DNA of 64,000 nucleotides from assembly GCA_973895155.1 (NCBI GenBank), contig OZ316891.1:248001-312000 (forward strand). The letters run 5' to 3'. Position 1 is the first letter of the stretch. The number at the start of each line of letters is the position of its first letter. The position numbers and the translations under genes were made by a program. This DNA comes from Marsupella aquatica. Its lineage: Eukaryota > Plantae > Marchantiophyta. The notes beneath the pieces are model-generated. The model was given only the letters and a program-made list of their open reading frames with translations, searched no databases and was not told the DNA's origin. Below, one piece after another: positions 34,503 to 45,487 of this stretch.

Positions 34503-37496
34503 ATGACTGACCTTACGCCGAGGGAAGAAAGAGTGATTCAATGGGAGAGAGCTCGACTGCAGCAGCTCGCCGGGTGGCATGATACACAGCGACTGAGAGG
34601 GGCAGAAAGAGCTGGTAGCTCCGAAACTGGAAGTGGCGTCGAAGAAGACATACCAGAAGAAGAGTCGGTAAGGAGAAGTGAGTCTCCAACCGACATGGGG
34701 GAACCAGAGGCACGGCCAGACGAGAGGCCAGGGACCAGATTGAGCCAGCGGTCGCGCATACATTACAAGGCATTTCATGGGAGAGGAGATGAGGATCCGG
34801 ACGAATGGTTGGATGATTTCGAGGGAACCGCTGCAGCAAATGGAGAATCGGCCATCAAGATGCAGATTCTTCCCGGCCTGTTCAAGGGTGAGGCTAGGCC
34901 TTGGTACAGAGCATTAGATGTGGAAGATCAAGCCATCTGGGATATCTTCAAAACACTCTTTGTTAAGGAGTTTCGACCCATTGGAACTTCAGAACTAGCA
35001 GTGCTGAAGTTGGGACAACTTCGGTTCAAGGAGAACAAATCCTTCAGGAAGTTCTTGCAACGCTTTCAGAAACTGGTAAGACGTACAAAGACCAATGCAT
35101 CTGAAGGTATGCAACTTCAATGGTTGGTGAATGCTTTGCCACAGAAGATGAGTTTTGCAATTAGGAAGGAGAACCCGGAGACCTTAGCCGAAGCAATTAA
35201 GGATATTCAATTATACATTAATGCAGATATCACAAGCCGGAAGAAACAGCTTAAGTCTGAGAGTTCCTCATCAGAGGAGGGATCACCCCATAAGAAAAAA
35301 GATAAGAAGAAGAAACATTCCAAGAAGTCTAGAAGTGATAAGTCAAGCTCGGATAGTGGGAGTAGCAAGAGTGAGTCATCTTCTAGTTTTGAAGAAGAAA
35401 AAACTAGGAAAAGGAAGGGCAGAAGGAGAGGGAAGACGAAAGTCAAGATGGAGGCTAAGCCACCAGATAACATCGTAGCCCTTACCGAGCAACTTAAGGC
35501 TATCATTGCAGAGGTAAAACCAAAGAAGAAGGTAGTACAGGAGGATAGCTCTGTATGGTGTGCCTTATGTTATAAAACCGGACACCATAAAGATGCTTGT
35601 CCTAAGCTTAATACTAATCATGTTCGACATGTGGCCGAGATCAGACCATGTCAGGGAGAAGTAGAGTACTTTTTGGGAGATGCCGCTGATAGTGTTTTCG
35701 GCATCAGTGAGACTGGAGCACGAGACCTATCCAACAGACCTGCATCTCTGTGGTCAGGGTTAAGGAACAATCCAGGAGAGATGTATCCTCGGATTATTCA
35801 GAACCCGTCAGTACCTCCTAGGCCGAATGTGCAAAGATTTGCGGCGTGCTATAATTGTGGTCAACCTGGCCATTTTGCTAGAGAATGCCCGAATGCACGC
35901 AAACAGGGTGATGGACAACCAGCTCAGCTATGTATGGGATGCCGACAGGAAGGTCATATGCTAGGGCAATGTCCTACTTGGTTGGCAGGCCTGGCCGCAA
36001 ATCATAAGCTTTTGCCGATCAAGATCTTACCGCCAGGTACTACCCCCGGAGGAGTTCAAATCAACCACATCGAACTAGGATGGCAAGAGGATGCCGAGGC
36101 AGAGTTCGTACCATCTGATGATGAGGCCGAAGCCCTATCAACCTTCTCAGAGGAGGATTTAGATCATGATTGCTACCGGGTCTCTACTCGATCTACCAGA
36201 AGGAAGGAAAGGTGGGATGGGCTGGCCAAAAATAAAGGGAAGGTTACGGAGGAAAGGATCGACTCTTCGTCAACATCAACAGAAGGAGAAGGGAGGGCTC
36301 CGGCAATACAGGTAAGCCATGAGCCCACCAGTGAAACCAATCCTTCACAAGATAGCGACTTCAATCGAGATCATCCTAAGTTGTTCTACCCCTCTGTTAC
36401 GGCTAGTGTTAAGGAACAACTAAGAGAATTAGAAACCCTGGAGAATACCGAAGCCATTGCCAAGGATGTAAAACGAGCAAAAGCATTGTTTGCTTCGGAA
36501 GACCCAACAGCTGTGGAGACTAGCGTGGCAAAACTGGCCAAATCCAAGACGGAAACACCACCAGAAGAGAAGCCGATTGTTCCCTATGACCTGGCTAAAG
36601 ATGTACTAGAATCTAGAGTCTCGGCAACAGTAGGTCAACTATTGAAAAATAGCCCGTACTTCCGGAAGCAATTAAGGAAGGCTATTCTCGGCAAGCCGAG
36701 ATTACCCAAGGTAGCAACCAGATCCGACGTACTAATGATAGAAGAAGATCAAGGAGCCCCAGCATTACCATTAATGATTCAAGGAGAATTATTACTACGG
36801 GTACCCATCGATGGAGGATCAGGGGTATGTATTATGATTGATTCAACAGCAAAAGGGTGGGGTCTAACACCGGAGATGACTGGAAGAGTGTTGAACATGG
36901 CCAATGGATATCAGGTCATTCCGACGGGAGTGTTAACCGGCATCAAGACAGAGATAGGAGGTATCTTCTTTAGCATTAACTATGTAGTAATGAAGCCGGT
37001 AAATCCTACGTCATTCCGGCTATTGATTGGTAGGCCATGGCTGTACCTAGCCGAGGTAATAGAAGATTGGGGTAAAAAGCAGTTCACTTTCGGGACCCCC
37101 TCTATCACGGTATCCTGGGACACTAAGGATGACCGTAGGAAAAGCATAAGGGAAGTAGATGGGTACGATAGTGGACTGGAGTCAGCCGATGAAGTACGTT
37201 GGTTAGAATGCTTCACTAACCTAACCGAAGAAGGTGTCTTTGGACCAGAGGTACCCCCCAGCGGATTATGGCAAGAACCAATGGAAGGTGACTTGGAAGA
37301 AGAAGACGAAGAGGTCGAGGACTGCTTTACAATAGAATCCACCTTTTTAGCTGCAATTCCGGAGGAAGTTAAGGAAGTAGACCAATTGGATGAAACGGCT
37401 AAGTGGGGAGCAGTAGCAGGGACAGTGGATTTTCTGCAGGCGTTGTGGCAGAGCCGACGGGGTCCACAACGCCATCGATCATCGGCAAGGAATTAA
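34503..37496 (+). CDS. gag: Gag-protease polyprotein (capsid, three CCHC knuckles, aspartic protease)
   Basis: FHGRGDEDPDEWL capsid start. Knuckles CALCYKTGHHKDAC, CYNCGQPGHFAREC and CMGCRQEGHMLGQC. Protease VPIDGGSG...LLIGRPWL. Confidence 0.93.
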   Translation: MTDLTPREERVIQWERARLQQLAGWHDTQRLRGAERAGSSETGSGVEEDIPEEESVRRSESPTDMGEPEARPDERPGTRLSQRSRIHYKAFHGRGDEDPDEWLDDFEGTAAANGESAIKMQILPGLFKGEARPWYRALDVEDQAIWDIFKTLFVKEFRPIGTSELAVLKLGQLRFKENKSFRKFLQRFQKLVRRTKTNASEGMQLQWLVNALPQKMSFAIRKENPETLAEAIKDIQLYINADITSRKKQLKSESSSSEEGSPHKKKDKKKKHSKKSRSDKSSSDSGSSKSESSSSFEEEKTRKRKGRRRGKTKVKMEAKPPDNIVALTEQLKAIIAEVKPKKKVVQEDSSVWCALCYKTGHHKDACPKLNTNHVRHVAEIRPCQGEVEYFLGDAADSVFGISETGARDLSNRPASLWSGLRNNPGEMYPRIIQNPSVPPRPNVQRFAACYNCGQPGHFARECPNARKQGDGQPAQLCMGCRQEGHMLGQCPTWLAGLAANHKLLPIKILPPGTTPGGVQINHIELGWQEDAEAEFVPSDDEAEALSTFSEEDLDHDCYRVSTRSTRRKERWDGLAKNKGKVTEERIDSSSTSTEGEGRAPAIQVSHEPTSETNPSQDSDFNRDHPKLFYPSVTASVKEQLRELETLENTEAIAKDVKRAKALFASEDPTAVETSVAKLAKSKTETPPEEKPIVPYDLAKDVLESRVSATVGQLLKNSPYFRKQLRKAILGKPRLPKVATRSDVLMIEEDQGAPALPLMIQGELLLRVPIDGGSGVCIMIDSTAKGWGLTPEMTGRVLNMANGYQVIPTGVLTGIKTEIGGIFFSINYVVMKPVNPTSFRLLIGRPWLYLAEVIEDWGKKQFTFGTPSITVSWDTKDDRRKSIREVDGYDSGLESADEVRWLECFTNLTEEGVFGPEVPPSGLWQEPMEGDLEEEDEEVEDCFTIESTFLAAIPEEVKEVDQLDETAKWGAVAGTVDFLQALWQSRRGPQRHRSSARN

Positions 37497-40400
37497 ATAC
37501 CAAGGGATCGGCATACAAGCCGATTACGAGGGCAGAACAAATTGAGGCCCTATTAGAAGCCGAGAGAGCACAGCGGCCTAACTCTCAGGAGCAAGAGGTG
37601 GATGAGATGGACAGACACGATCCAGAGCCAAGGCAGGAAGGGGAGCCGACCACTAATTCAAAACCGAATAGACCGGTAAGGGGACAATCTATGGACACCA
37701 AGGAAGGGACCGACTCGGCTAGTCCAGCCGAGATCCCAGTTTATGGAGGTATGAGATTAGAGAGACTGGAAGCCGAACTGGACCCGAATTTGAAGAAGCA
37801 AATTAATATGATCCAAGCACGGCAATATCGGAAGCTCGACTTAGGAGAGGGAAGAGAACTGAACTTAGGGAGAAACCTAGCACCTGAGCTCGAGAAAGAG
37901 ATCAGTGACTTATTGATTGAATTTCAGGATGTGTTTGCATGGAGTCACCAAGATCTAAAGGGCGTAGATCCAACACTAGGGGAACATCGAATTGATCTCA
38001 TGTTAGGAGCCAAATCATTTCGACAACCAATTCGAAGGATGAACCCGAAGTATTCCCTGCTAGTCAAAACAGAAATCGACAAACTAGTGGAAGCTGGATT
38101 CATCACTCCAGTCCTGCATTCAGACTGGGTGTCTCCAATTGTGATAGTTCCCAAGAAAGCTGGACCCGATGGTAAACCCAAGATCCGGGTTTGTCAGGAT
38201 TACAGGAAGCTGAATGAAGCAACATTAAAAGACCATTTTCCTTTACCGTTTACTGATATGGTACTAGACATGGTAGCCAGTCATGAACTATATTCATTCA
38301 TGGATGGATACTCTGGTTATAACCAAATCAGGATTCGGCAGGAAGACCAAATCAAGACGGCCTTCATCACGGAATGGGGGATCTATGTCTTCAATCGTAT
38401 GTCGTTTGGACTCTGCAACGCACCAGCTATGTTCCAACGATTAATGGTGAACATTTTTCATGATTACTTGAGAAAGTTCATGGAAATCTTCATTGATGAC
38501 TTTGCAGTATTCGGGAAGGCATCGAAACATGCTAAATACCTCAGGAAAACCTTCATGAGATGTAGGGAGGTGGGTCTCAAGTTACACCCAGATAAATGTT
38601 TTTTTGCAGTAACCGAGGGGGTGCTACTAGGTCACAAGGTATCAAGGAAGGGCATTGAGATTGACAAAGGTAAGCTAGCAGTATGGCTAGATATCATGCA
38701 ACCTAAGAACATAAAGGATGTAAGATCCTTCTTGGGATGCATTGGTTACTATCGCCGGTTCATCAAGGATTTTGCCAAGCTAGCTTTACCATTAACCAAT
38801 ATGCTCAAGGCAGGAGCAGACTTCGAACCCACACCCGAACGAGTCACAGCGGTGGTAGAATTGAAGCAGATGTTAGTAGAGGCCCCAGTCATGATAGCAC
38901 CGGACTGGAACAAAGATTTTCATGTTTTTGTAGATGTCTCGGGCTTCTGTATTGGCTCAGTACTAAGTCAGTTGGATGAGAAAGGAAGGGACCATCCCAT
39001 ATACTTCGCAAGCCGTCAGCTTGCCGATGCCGAACGGAACTACTCTACCACGGAAAGAGAAGCATTAGGAGTCATTTATTCTTGTAAAAAGTTTAGGCAT
39101 TATTTACTAGGGTACAAGGTAATCTTTCATACTGATCATGAAAGTTTGAAGTACCTAGTCAATAAGCCGGACCTTACAGGCAGAGTAGCAAGATGGATTT
39201 TGCTATTACAGGAGTTTGACTATGAGCTGAGGATCAAGCCAGGAAAGTTACATGCCAATGCCGACTTCTTTTCAAGGATCACAGGTAAACCTGCCACGGA
39301 TTGCATCGATGATCGATTCCCCGACAAGGAGCTATTCGTTGTGGAAATAGCTGGTACATGGTACCCTGAGATTTTACAATTTCTCAGCACTTCCAGATTA
39401 CAGCCAGGATTAAGCCGAGAGCAAGCCGCAGTCTTTGTGCGGAAGGTCAGACAGTATCAGTGCATTAAAGGCATACTGCACAAGCATGGAATCAACGGCA
39501 CGATTCAAAGGTGTTTGGAGAAGAGAGAGGTAAAACGAGTCCTACGGGCCATGCATGGAGAGGAGGCCGGAGGACATTTTGCCCCAGTAACCACGTCTAA
39601 GAAGATATTAAATGCCGGTTACTGGTGGCCCACCTTGCACAAAGATGTCTATCAGTTTATCAAACAATGCGATCCTTGTCAACGAGCGGGAGGACCAAGG
39701 GCGTCCACCAGGCATCCACTGCACCCTATTCTACCTCTGGCACCATTCGAGAAGTGGGGTATTGATTACATTGGACCTCTGAAACCACTGACCCACCCTC
39801 GACGGAACAAGTACATAATCCTGGCTACGGATTATGCAACTAAATGGGTAGAGGCCAGACCAACAACGAAGGATGATGCAATTACTACGGCTAGATTCAT
39901 GTATGAGCAGATCTTCACCAGGTATGGAGCACCCCTAGAATTAGTTAGTGATAGAGGAACCCATTTTTTGAATGATATAATTAGTCGTTTAAATGAGCAG
40001 TATTTAGTTAAACATAGGCCTACTACTCCCTACCATCCAAAGGCAAACGGGTTGACAGAACGAGCAAACGGAATCATAGGAAAGATATTGAACAAGACAG
40101 TAGCTCAGAACAAACTCGATTGGGATGATAAATTGTTTGCTGTTGTTTTTGCTTACAATCTGGCCTATAAATCCACTACCGGTCATACACCCTTCTTCTT
40201 AACCTTTGGACAAGAAGCCCTGGTACCCATGCAACTTGAGATACCGACATTTCAAGTTACAATTGAGGAAAGAGCCTCAGCGGAGGAGAGCCTAAAGGAG
40301 CGAGAATATAGGTTAGAAGCTTTAGAGGAAGCGAGAATGATTTCAGCCGAGAGAGTAGAATATAGACAGAATATCATGAAGCAGCAGTATGATAAAAGGT

Positions 40401-40669
40401 TAAAAGTAGTTAGTATTCATACCGGTGATCTTGTGCTACTTTATGACAGTAGGTATAGTAGGTTTCCAGGAAAGCTTTACACTCGCTGGTTAGGACCCTT
40501 TAGAGTAACCATGATGTTCCCCAATGGCTCCGTGCAATTGGCCAACATTACGGGAGAGGTATATCCAGTTCGCATCCATTATGACCGCCTCAAGAAATAC
40601 TATATGGACGAAGATGAAGTTGTTCGCGAGGACGCTTCACAATTAAGTGGGGAGCTATGTGATGCCTAG
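37403..40669 (+). CDS. pol: Pol: reverse transcriptase, RNase H, integrase (-1 frame relative to gag-PR)
   Basis: RVCQDYRKLN, MDGYSGYNQI and FIDD (RT); FVDVSG..ERNYSTTERE (RH); HHCC zinc finger, WGIDY/SDRG/ER DDE and GPF (INT). The stop codon lies within the 3' LTR. Confidence 0.96.
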   Translation: MGSSSRDSGFSAGVVAEPTGSTTPSIIGKELNTKGSAYKPITRAEQIEALLEAERAQRPNSQEQEVDEMDRHDPEPRQEGEPTTNSKPNRPVRGQSMDTKEGTDSASPAEIPVYGGMRLERLEAELDPNLKKQINMIQARQYRKLDLGEGRELNLGRNLAPELEKEISDLLIEFQDVFAWSHQDLKGVDPTLGEHRIDLMLGAKSFRQPIRRMNPKYSLLVKTEIDKLVEAGFITPVLHSDWVSPIVIVPKKAGPDGKPKIRVCQDYRKLNEATLKDHFPLPFTDMVLDMVASHELYSFMDGYSGYNQIRIRQEDQIKTAFITEWGIYVFNRMSFGLCNAPAMFQRLMVNIFHDYLRKFMEIFIDDFAVFGKASKHAKYLRKTFMRCREVGLKLHPDKCFFAVTEGVLLGHKVSRKGIEIDKGKLAVWLDIMQPKNIKDVRSFLGCIGYYRRFIKDFAKLALPLTNMLKAGADFEPTPERVTAVVELKQMLVEAPVMIAPDWNKDFHVFVDVSGFCIGSVLSQLDEKGRDHPIYFASRQLADAERNYSTTEREALGVIYSCKKFRHYLLGYKVIFHTDHESLKYLVNKPDLTGRVARWILLLQEFDYELRIKPGKLHANADFFSRITGKPATDCIDDRFPDKELFVVEIAGTWYPEILQFLSTSRLQPGLSREQAAVFVRKVRQYQCIKGILHKHGINGTIQRCLEKREVKRVLRAMHGEEAGGHFAPVTTSKKILNAGYWWPTLHKDVYQFIKQCDPCQRAGGPRASTRHPLHPILPLAPFEKWGIDYIGPLKPLTHPRRNKYIILATDYATKWVEARPTTKDDAITTARFMYEQIFTRYGAPLELVSDRGTHFLNDIISRLNEQYLVKHRPTTPYHPKANGLTERANGIIGKILNKTVAQNKLDWDDKLFAVVFAYNLAYKSTTGHTPFFLTFGQEALVPMQLEIPTFQVTIEERASAEESLKEREYRLEALEEARMISAERVEYRQNIMKQQYDKRLKVVSIHTGDLVLLYDSRYSRFPGKLYTRWLGPFRVTMMFPNGSVQLANITGEVYPVRIHYDRLKKYYMDEDEVVREDASQLSGELCDA
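37427..37486 (+). promoter_or_regulatory. -1 ribosomal frameshift signal: G GAU UUU + 6-nt spacer + stem/pseudoknot
   Basis: GGATTTT at 37427-37433 in the correct phase. Stem GCGTTGTGG (37440-48)/CCACAACGC (37464-72); the loop GCCGA can pair with TCGGC (37482-86). Conserved in subfamily B at 59604. Confidence 0.75.
40645..40657 (+). promoter_or_regulatory. Polypurine tract overlapping the integrase C-terminal codons
   Basis: AAGTGGGGAGCTA directly before the TGTG of the 3' LTR. Confidence 0.7.
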
Positions 40670-43600
40670 ACAGGAATCACTCGGCCGGTTAAGTGGGTAA
40701 AGCAGGAAGGCACCCTAGGAACACCTTAGTATAGTGACAAAACAAGGAAAATATAAACAATTAGGGGCAACCATGGAACCCGGGCAGAGGCCGGAGGTAA
40801 GGCTAAGGGTGAAAACCCGATTAGGGTTAGGGCGCGTTAAGCGTCGGCGGCTAGGAAGGATCAACGGGAAGAAGGACCGGCAGAGGAGAGGGGTAAGGAG
40901 CGCTTGCAGGAGATGGTGGCTCATTTGCGAGCACGAACTAGGCAGACGACTACGGGAGGCCAACTACTGTCAGCTGCTTAGGCAAGCACTCGGGGAGAGA
41001 GTAGATACCGACGATCAACCTAAGGAGGGTATGAGCAATGTCAATCAAGCGGCACATTTCTGGGGATGCCTGTTCGAACGGGCAACTGAGTACATCAAGA
41101 CTTACGAGGACGAGGAGTCAGAAAGGGCAGCTCGAGAACGGCAGGAGCTCGCTCGATTGTGGGAGCTGTAGAAGACGGCTTTCTTAGGAGGCGAACTCAT
41201 CAAGGACGAGTTCCTGTGGATGCCTACTTCCAATCAACTCGACGATCTTCTGTTTTGCAAAGACAGCGTCGTCGGCATCCGAGAGGCCATCAAGAACTGC
41301 AACGACATCCACTGGGAATTAAAGGGTAGCACGGAAAGGTGGACCCAGGCAACGGTGCTAGGAGAAACCTCCACGGCAGCAGAGATGAAGAGGAAGGGAG
41401 CCGTCAACGATGAAGCCACCCCGGCAAAAAGAACGAGGTCGGCGGCACCAAAGAAGCCAGCCGAGCAGCAGAGCAGGAGGCAGGGAGAAGCCGAAGAGGA
41501 GGAGGTCGATCCCATCAAGGCCATTCCAACCAGGGATGACACCTGGAAGGGCTGGGCGGCAACCCTACCGGTGGAGGTGCAACTACATTTTGCACGGGAG
41601 GAGGATGCATGCTTTACAGCCATGCAGACCAAGAAGTACCAAGGCTTCATGGCCGGATCCGGCTTGGAGGCCTTTGTAAGATTACCATGGCTGAAGCCGG
41701 AGGTACCGGAGTCAGACCTATTAGAATTCGTGGGGTCATGGGAACCCGAGACCAATTGCACGAGGATATATGAGAAGGATTTCTATCTTACTCCCAAGGT
41801 AATTGCCGAAGTGTTTGGCTTGCCGATGGGCAATAAGACCAAAGTTGATACCAGGAAGACCTTGCCTGACAAGGAGTTCCGGTCGTTCCCCGGGCCATCA
41901 ACGAAGAATGGCTTCTTCCGGAACACCTGCACCAACCCGCACATAGGAGAGATGATCGACTTCTTGCGGGTGACCATGCATTGTAACTTGCCGAGGGCAG
42001 AGATCGGCAAGGCACAGGTCTATCTGGCAGAAAGGCCAGACCCAAGCCGGGACTACAACGGGTACCTCCTCAACCAATTGAAGAAGATCTTAAAGGAGGA
42101 GCAGCAGGTAATCGGCATGGGGAGCGTGTCGTGGCTTGGCTATCACATGCCGCTGTTGTGCCGGTATGCCAGAGGTCAGACTTTTGCCCCGGTACTTCCC
42201 CTGCAGGTAAGGGCACCCGAGGAAGCTCCAACGCCGAGGCCGTTGGCTGAGAAGCCTCAACCACCTGTTAGTCCTACGATCGAGCAGGTGTTTAGGCCCA
42301 GGAAGGAAGACTTGCCGATGCAGCAACCAGGCATGCAGAGTTTGCTGAAACTACTGGAGAAAGAAAAGAAATCGTCATCGGCAACAACAACGGCAACGGC
42401 AACAATGCAGGACACTACTACAGAGGTAGGCCTACACCGGCTCACAAGAGAAAACCCCTTTGCTGGAGACAAGGAGAGAATCAGGCCGGAATCCAAGCCA
42501 GGTGTTCGAATGTACGTGGGAACCTCAAGCTCCGAATCTGAGGCAGAATTGCCTGAAGCTCCTACCGAGGAAGAGGAGAGGGAGAAGCCGGAAATCCAAG
42601 AGGTAGAGGAGGCAGTGGAGGACTGCAGCCATGATAATTCCGGCTATGGGTCGGACCATCACGTTCCAGGAGTAAGGACCTGTGGCCGGTTTGTCCCCAC
42701 ACTTCCAAGGGTAGTGCGAGGGGACCCCAACCAGCAGAGTAGCCCTGAGTCTCCCCCACCAGATGTTGCTCCCCCGAGCTTCGACGGCATAAAACAGACG
42801 GTGCAGGAATTTCAGGAGCGAATCAAGCAGGAGGAAGAGGCCGCCCTGGCTAAGGAAAAGGATTTACCAGGAGGAGATTGGCCGGAGGACATCAGGCGGC
42901 TAGCCGAAAAAGGAAGCAAACCTCTAGCCACGATTGAAGAGATCCGCAGGACGGCTTGGGAGCAGAGGCCACGATGGGCGATGCCGATCACTTCTACTTA
43001 CTCCACCTACGCTAAGAATAGAGCCATGGAGTATGGTGAGATGTGTGGGGAACTTGCGCTCGGCATCTTTGGAGAGGAGTTGGAGGTAGGACCCTTTTTC
43101 CATAGGGAGCAGTTGGAGAAGCACCAATTAGAAGAAGCGGTGGCTTTAGAGAGAAGCAAGAAGGACGAGGTCATTCGGCGGCTTAGGAGGATGGGAGCCG
43201 AGATTGAAGATCTAAGGGCGGCCAAGAAAGCCCAAGATGAACTGCGGATTAAACGACATGAGCTGAACATCATGCAGGGGCAGTTGGACGCCGCGCAGGC
43301 TGATAATCAGAATATCAAGGATAAACTAACTCAGACGCAGGAAGAGTTGGCCGACACGATCAAAGAAAGGGAAAAGTGGAAGCAAGAGCTGAAGAATACA
43401 GAGGAGGCCCACATAACAGCCAACATCCGGGCCATGGCGGAGACCCAAAGAAAGGAATGGGCGTTGAAAGGGGAGCTCGAGAAAATCCGCGGAGCCCTTG
43501 AGCAGAAGGAGGTCGAGTTAGGGAAATCCTATCAAGGGATTATGGCGCTGCAGCAGGAGCTTGCGTCCCTGACGGCCAGCTTCAAGGCCGACCTAAGGGA

Positions 43601-45329
43601 GAAGGACGAGATGCTCGAACAGACTTACGCCAAGATGAACCAGATGGAGTCTGTCATCATTGCAGAGCTCGACAAGGAGCTAAGAGCAACCCAGGAGGAG
43701 AAGGCTACCTTGAAGAAGGAATTGGAGGAAGCCCACAGGGAGCAGGAGGAGGCCAAAAACGAGCTGGAGGGGGCACGTAAGGACCTGGATGAAACCCAAG
43801 AGGAGTTGGAGGAAATCACGAGGAAGATGGAGAACCTACAGCGGCGGGCCGACAACCAAACAGAGCGGCTGAAGAAACAAGCCGCAGTATTTAAATGCTT
43901 AGCTGCAGCAGGTCCATCTCCTGTTGGGACAAACCAGTTACCAGGGGTGGTAATTGCCGAAGGACAAGCCGCGCCACCTGCACCAGTGCCGGAGGTAAGT
44001 GGGAAGGGGAAGGGACCAGCTGCCGAGCCACCAACGAAGAAGAAGCGGAAACCTTCAGGGTCAAGGAGTAATACGACTTCACAGGCCGTGGTGATCAAGG
44101 AGGTAGACCCAGCACCGACCCCAGACAGGGTCACGGCTAAGGATCCAACTACCCTAGGGGAAGGGGAGGCCGAAGCCGTGGGGTTGGCTGAAGCCGAAGC
44201 CGTGGGGTTGGCTGAAGCCGAAGCCGTGGGGTTGGCTGAAGCCGAAGCCGTGGGAGTTGTCGAGGCTGAAGCCGAAGGTGGACCCAGTCAGGCCGATGGA
44301 GAGTTGACTCGGTCAAGGGCAGGTAATCTGTCAGTAGGCGGGCCAACGGCAGTGGCTGAGGAGGAAGTGTTGGGGGCATCCATTGAGGATCCACCACCGG
44401 TGTCGTGACGGTGCAAGGGCGCCGTTCCTTTTAGGGAGGGCGGACGTGGAGGGAGGAGGCGTGAGTGGGCAGGGCGGGCACGGATCTCCACGTTTAGGAT
44501 TAGGATCAGAACCAGGAGCGGCCCTGACACTTAGCTTAGTGGGATTGCGGTCCCACTGGTAGGAGCAACACTTGTGCTCCTGCCTTGCTGTACATAGGTA
44601 GATTTGGGCAAGTAGATTACTGTTAAGTAGATTAGGCTTACGATGCAAAGAATGGCGGATCCACTACCAGGATAAGTACCTGGGCAGCGGGGAGCTCAGG
44701 GCCTCTTCTTTAGCAAGTTTTTAGTTTGCACCAGCCGGGCTGGGATCAAGTAGTACGAGAAGCTCTCGGTTAGTCATACAGTGACCCTTGTGTATATTCA
44801 TGTTTCCTCATGCCTAAGAGCTGAATAGAGTTGGCCTCACGGCTTAGTTCGCAGAACTTGTGTATGAGATGTACTGTTTGTATGGCAAGTGCATGGTATG
44901 ACTCAGTCAGAATGAGTCATTTTGCTATTTGTGTGTCGCATTAACTTGTGTGAAGAGTGCCCACATCAACAGAAGGAAGGAAAGTAAGCAGGGGAGTGAG
45001 AGTTGGATGTGTCGAGCTGAGAGAGGTCTTAGCGGCTTAACCAAGCCTATTGGGGATCATTCCGGCGGCGGAATCCAAACATACCTAACAAGACGGAGGG
45101 GAAGACAGGGGAAGACAGGGGAAGGCCTATATTAGGCCGGCTACGTATCTCATGACCCGATGAAGGATCTGTCCAGTATATGTGTGTAAAATGTTAATAG
45201 TAGTAGTAGAAGGTTAGCAGCGTCCCATGCCGCTAAGCCGCGGAAACGGCCTCGCCAAGCACGAAACCTGCGGGAATCGGCTTGAGCTGGGGGGTTTCTT
45301 GGGTTTAGGGAGCCATGGGACGCACCACA
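40658..45329 (+). repeat. 3' LTR (4672 bp)
   Basis: TG...CA ends. It is 48 bp longer than the 5' LTR because of two extra 24-bp units (GLAEAEAV). Confidence 0.95.
40734..44408 (+). pseudogene. LTR-encoded ORF, 3' LTR copy with one premature stop
   Basis: TAG at 41169-41171; otherwise open (145-aa + 1062-aa ORFs in the same frame). Confidence 0.9.
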
Positions 45330-45487
45330 TCTCCCCTGGCGTCCTTACTTCCGGCCTCGGCTTGGGTTCCATAGTCACCCTTAATTGTTTATATTTTCCT
45401 TATTTATGTAACTATACTAAGGTATTTCTAGGGTACACTTTCCTTTTCCCCTTAAACTAGCCCAGTGATTCCTGGCTAGGCATCACA
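45330..45487 (-). mobile_element. Inverted first 158 bp of a subfamily-B LTR
   Basis: Reverse complement of 24343-24500, ending in ...GGCATCACA. Confidence 0.9.

Larger units (their letters stand above)
29810..45329 (+). mobile_element. Near-complete Ty3/gypsy LTR retrotransposon (non-chromovirus type, ~15.5 kb, family A)
   Basis: LTR-PBS-gag/PR-RT/RH/INT-PPT-LTR order. No chromodomain follows the integrase GPF motif. The flanks GAAGA/TCTCC do not form a TSD. Confidence 0.95.
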
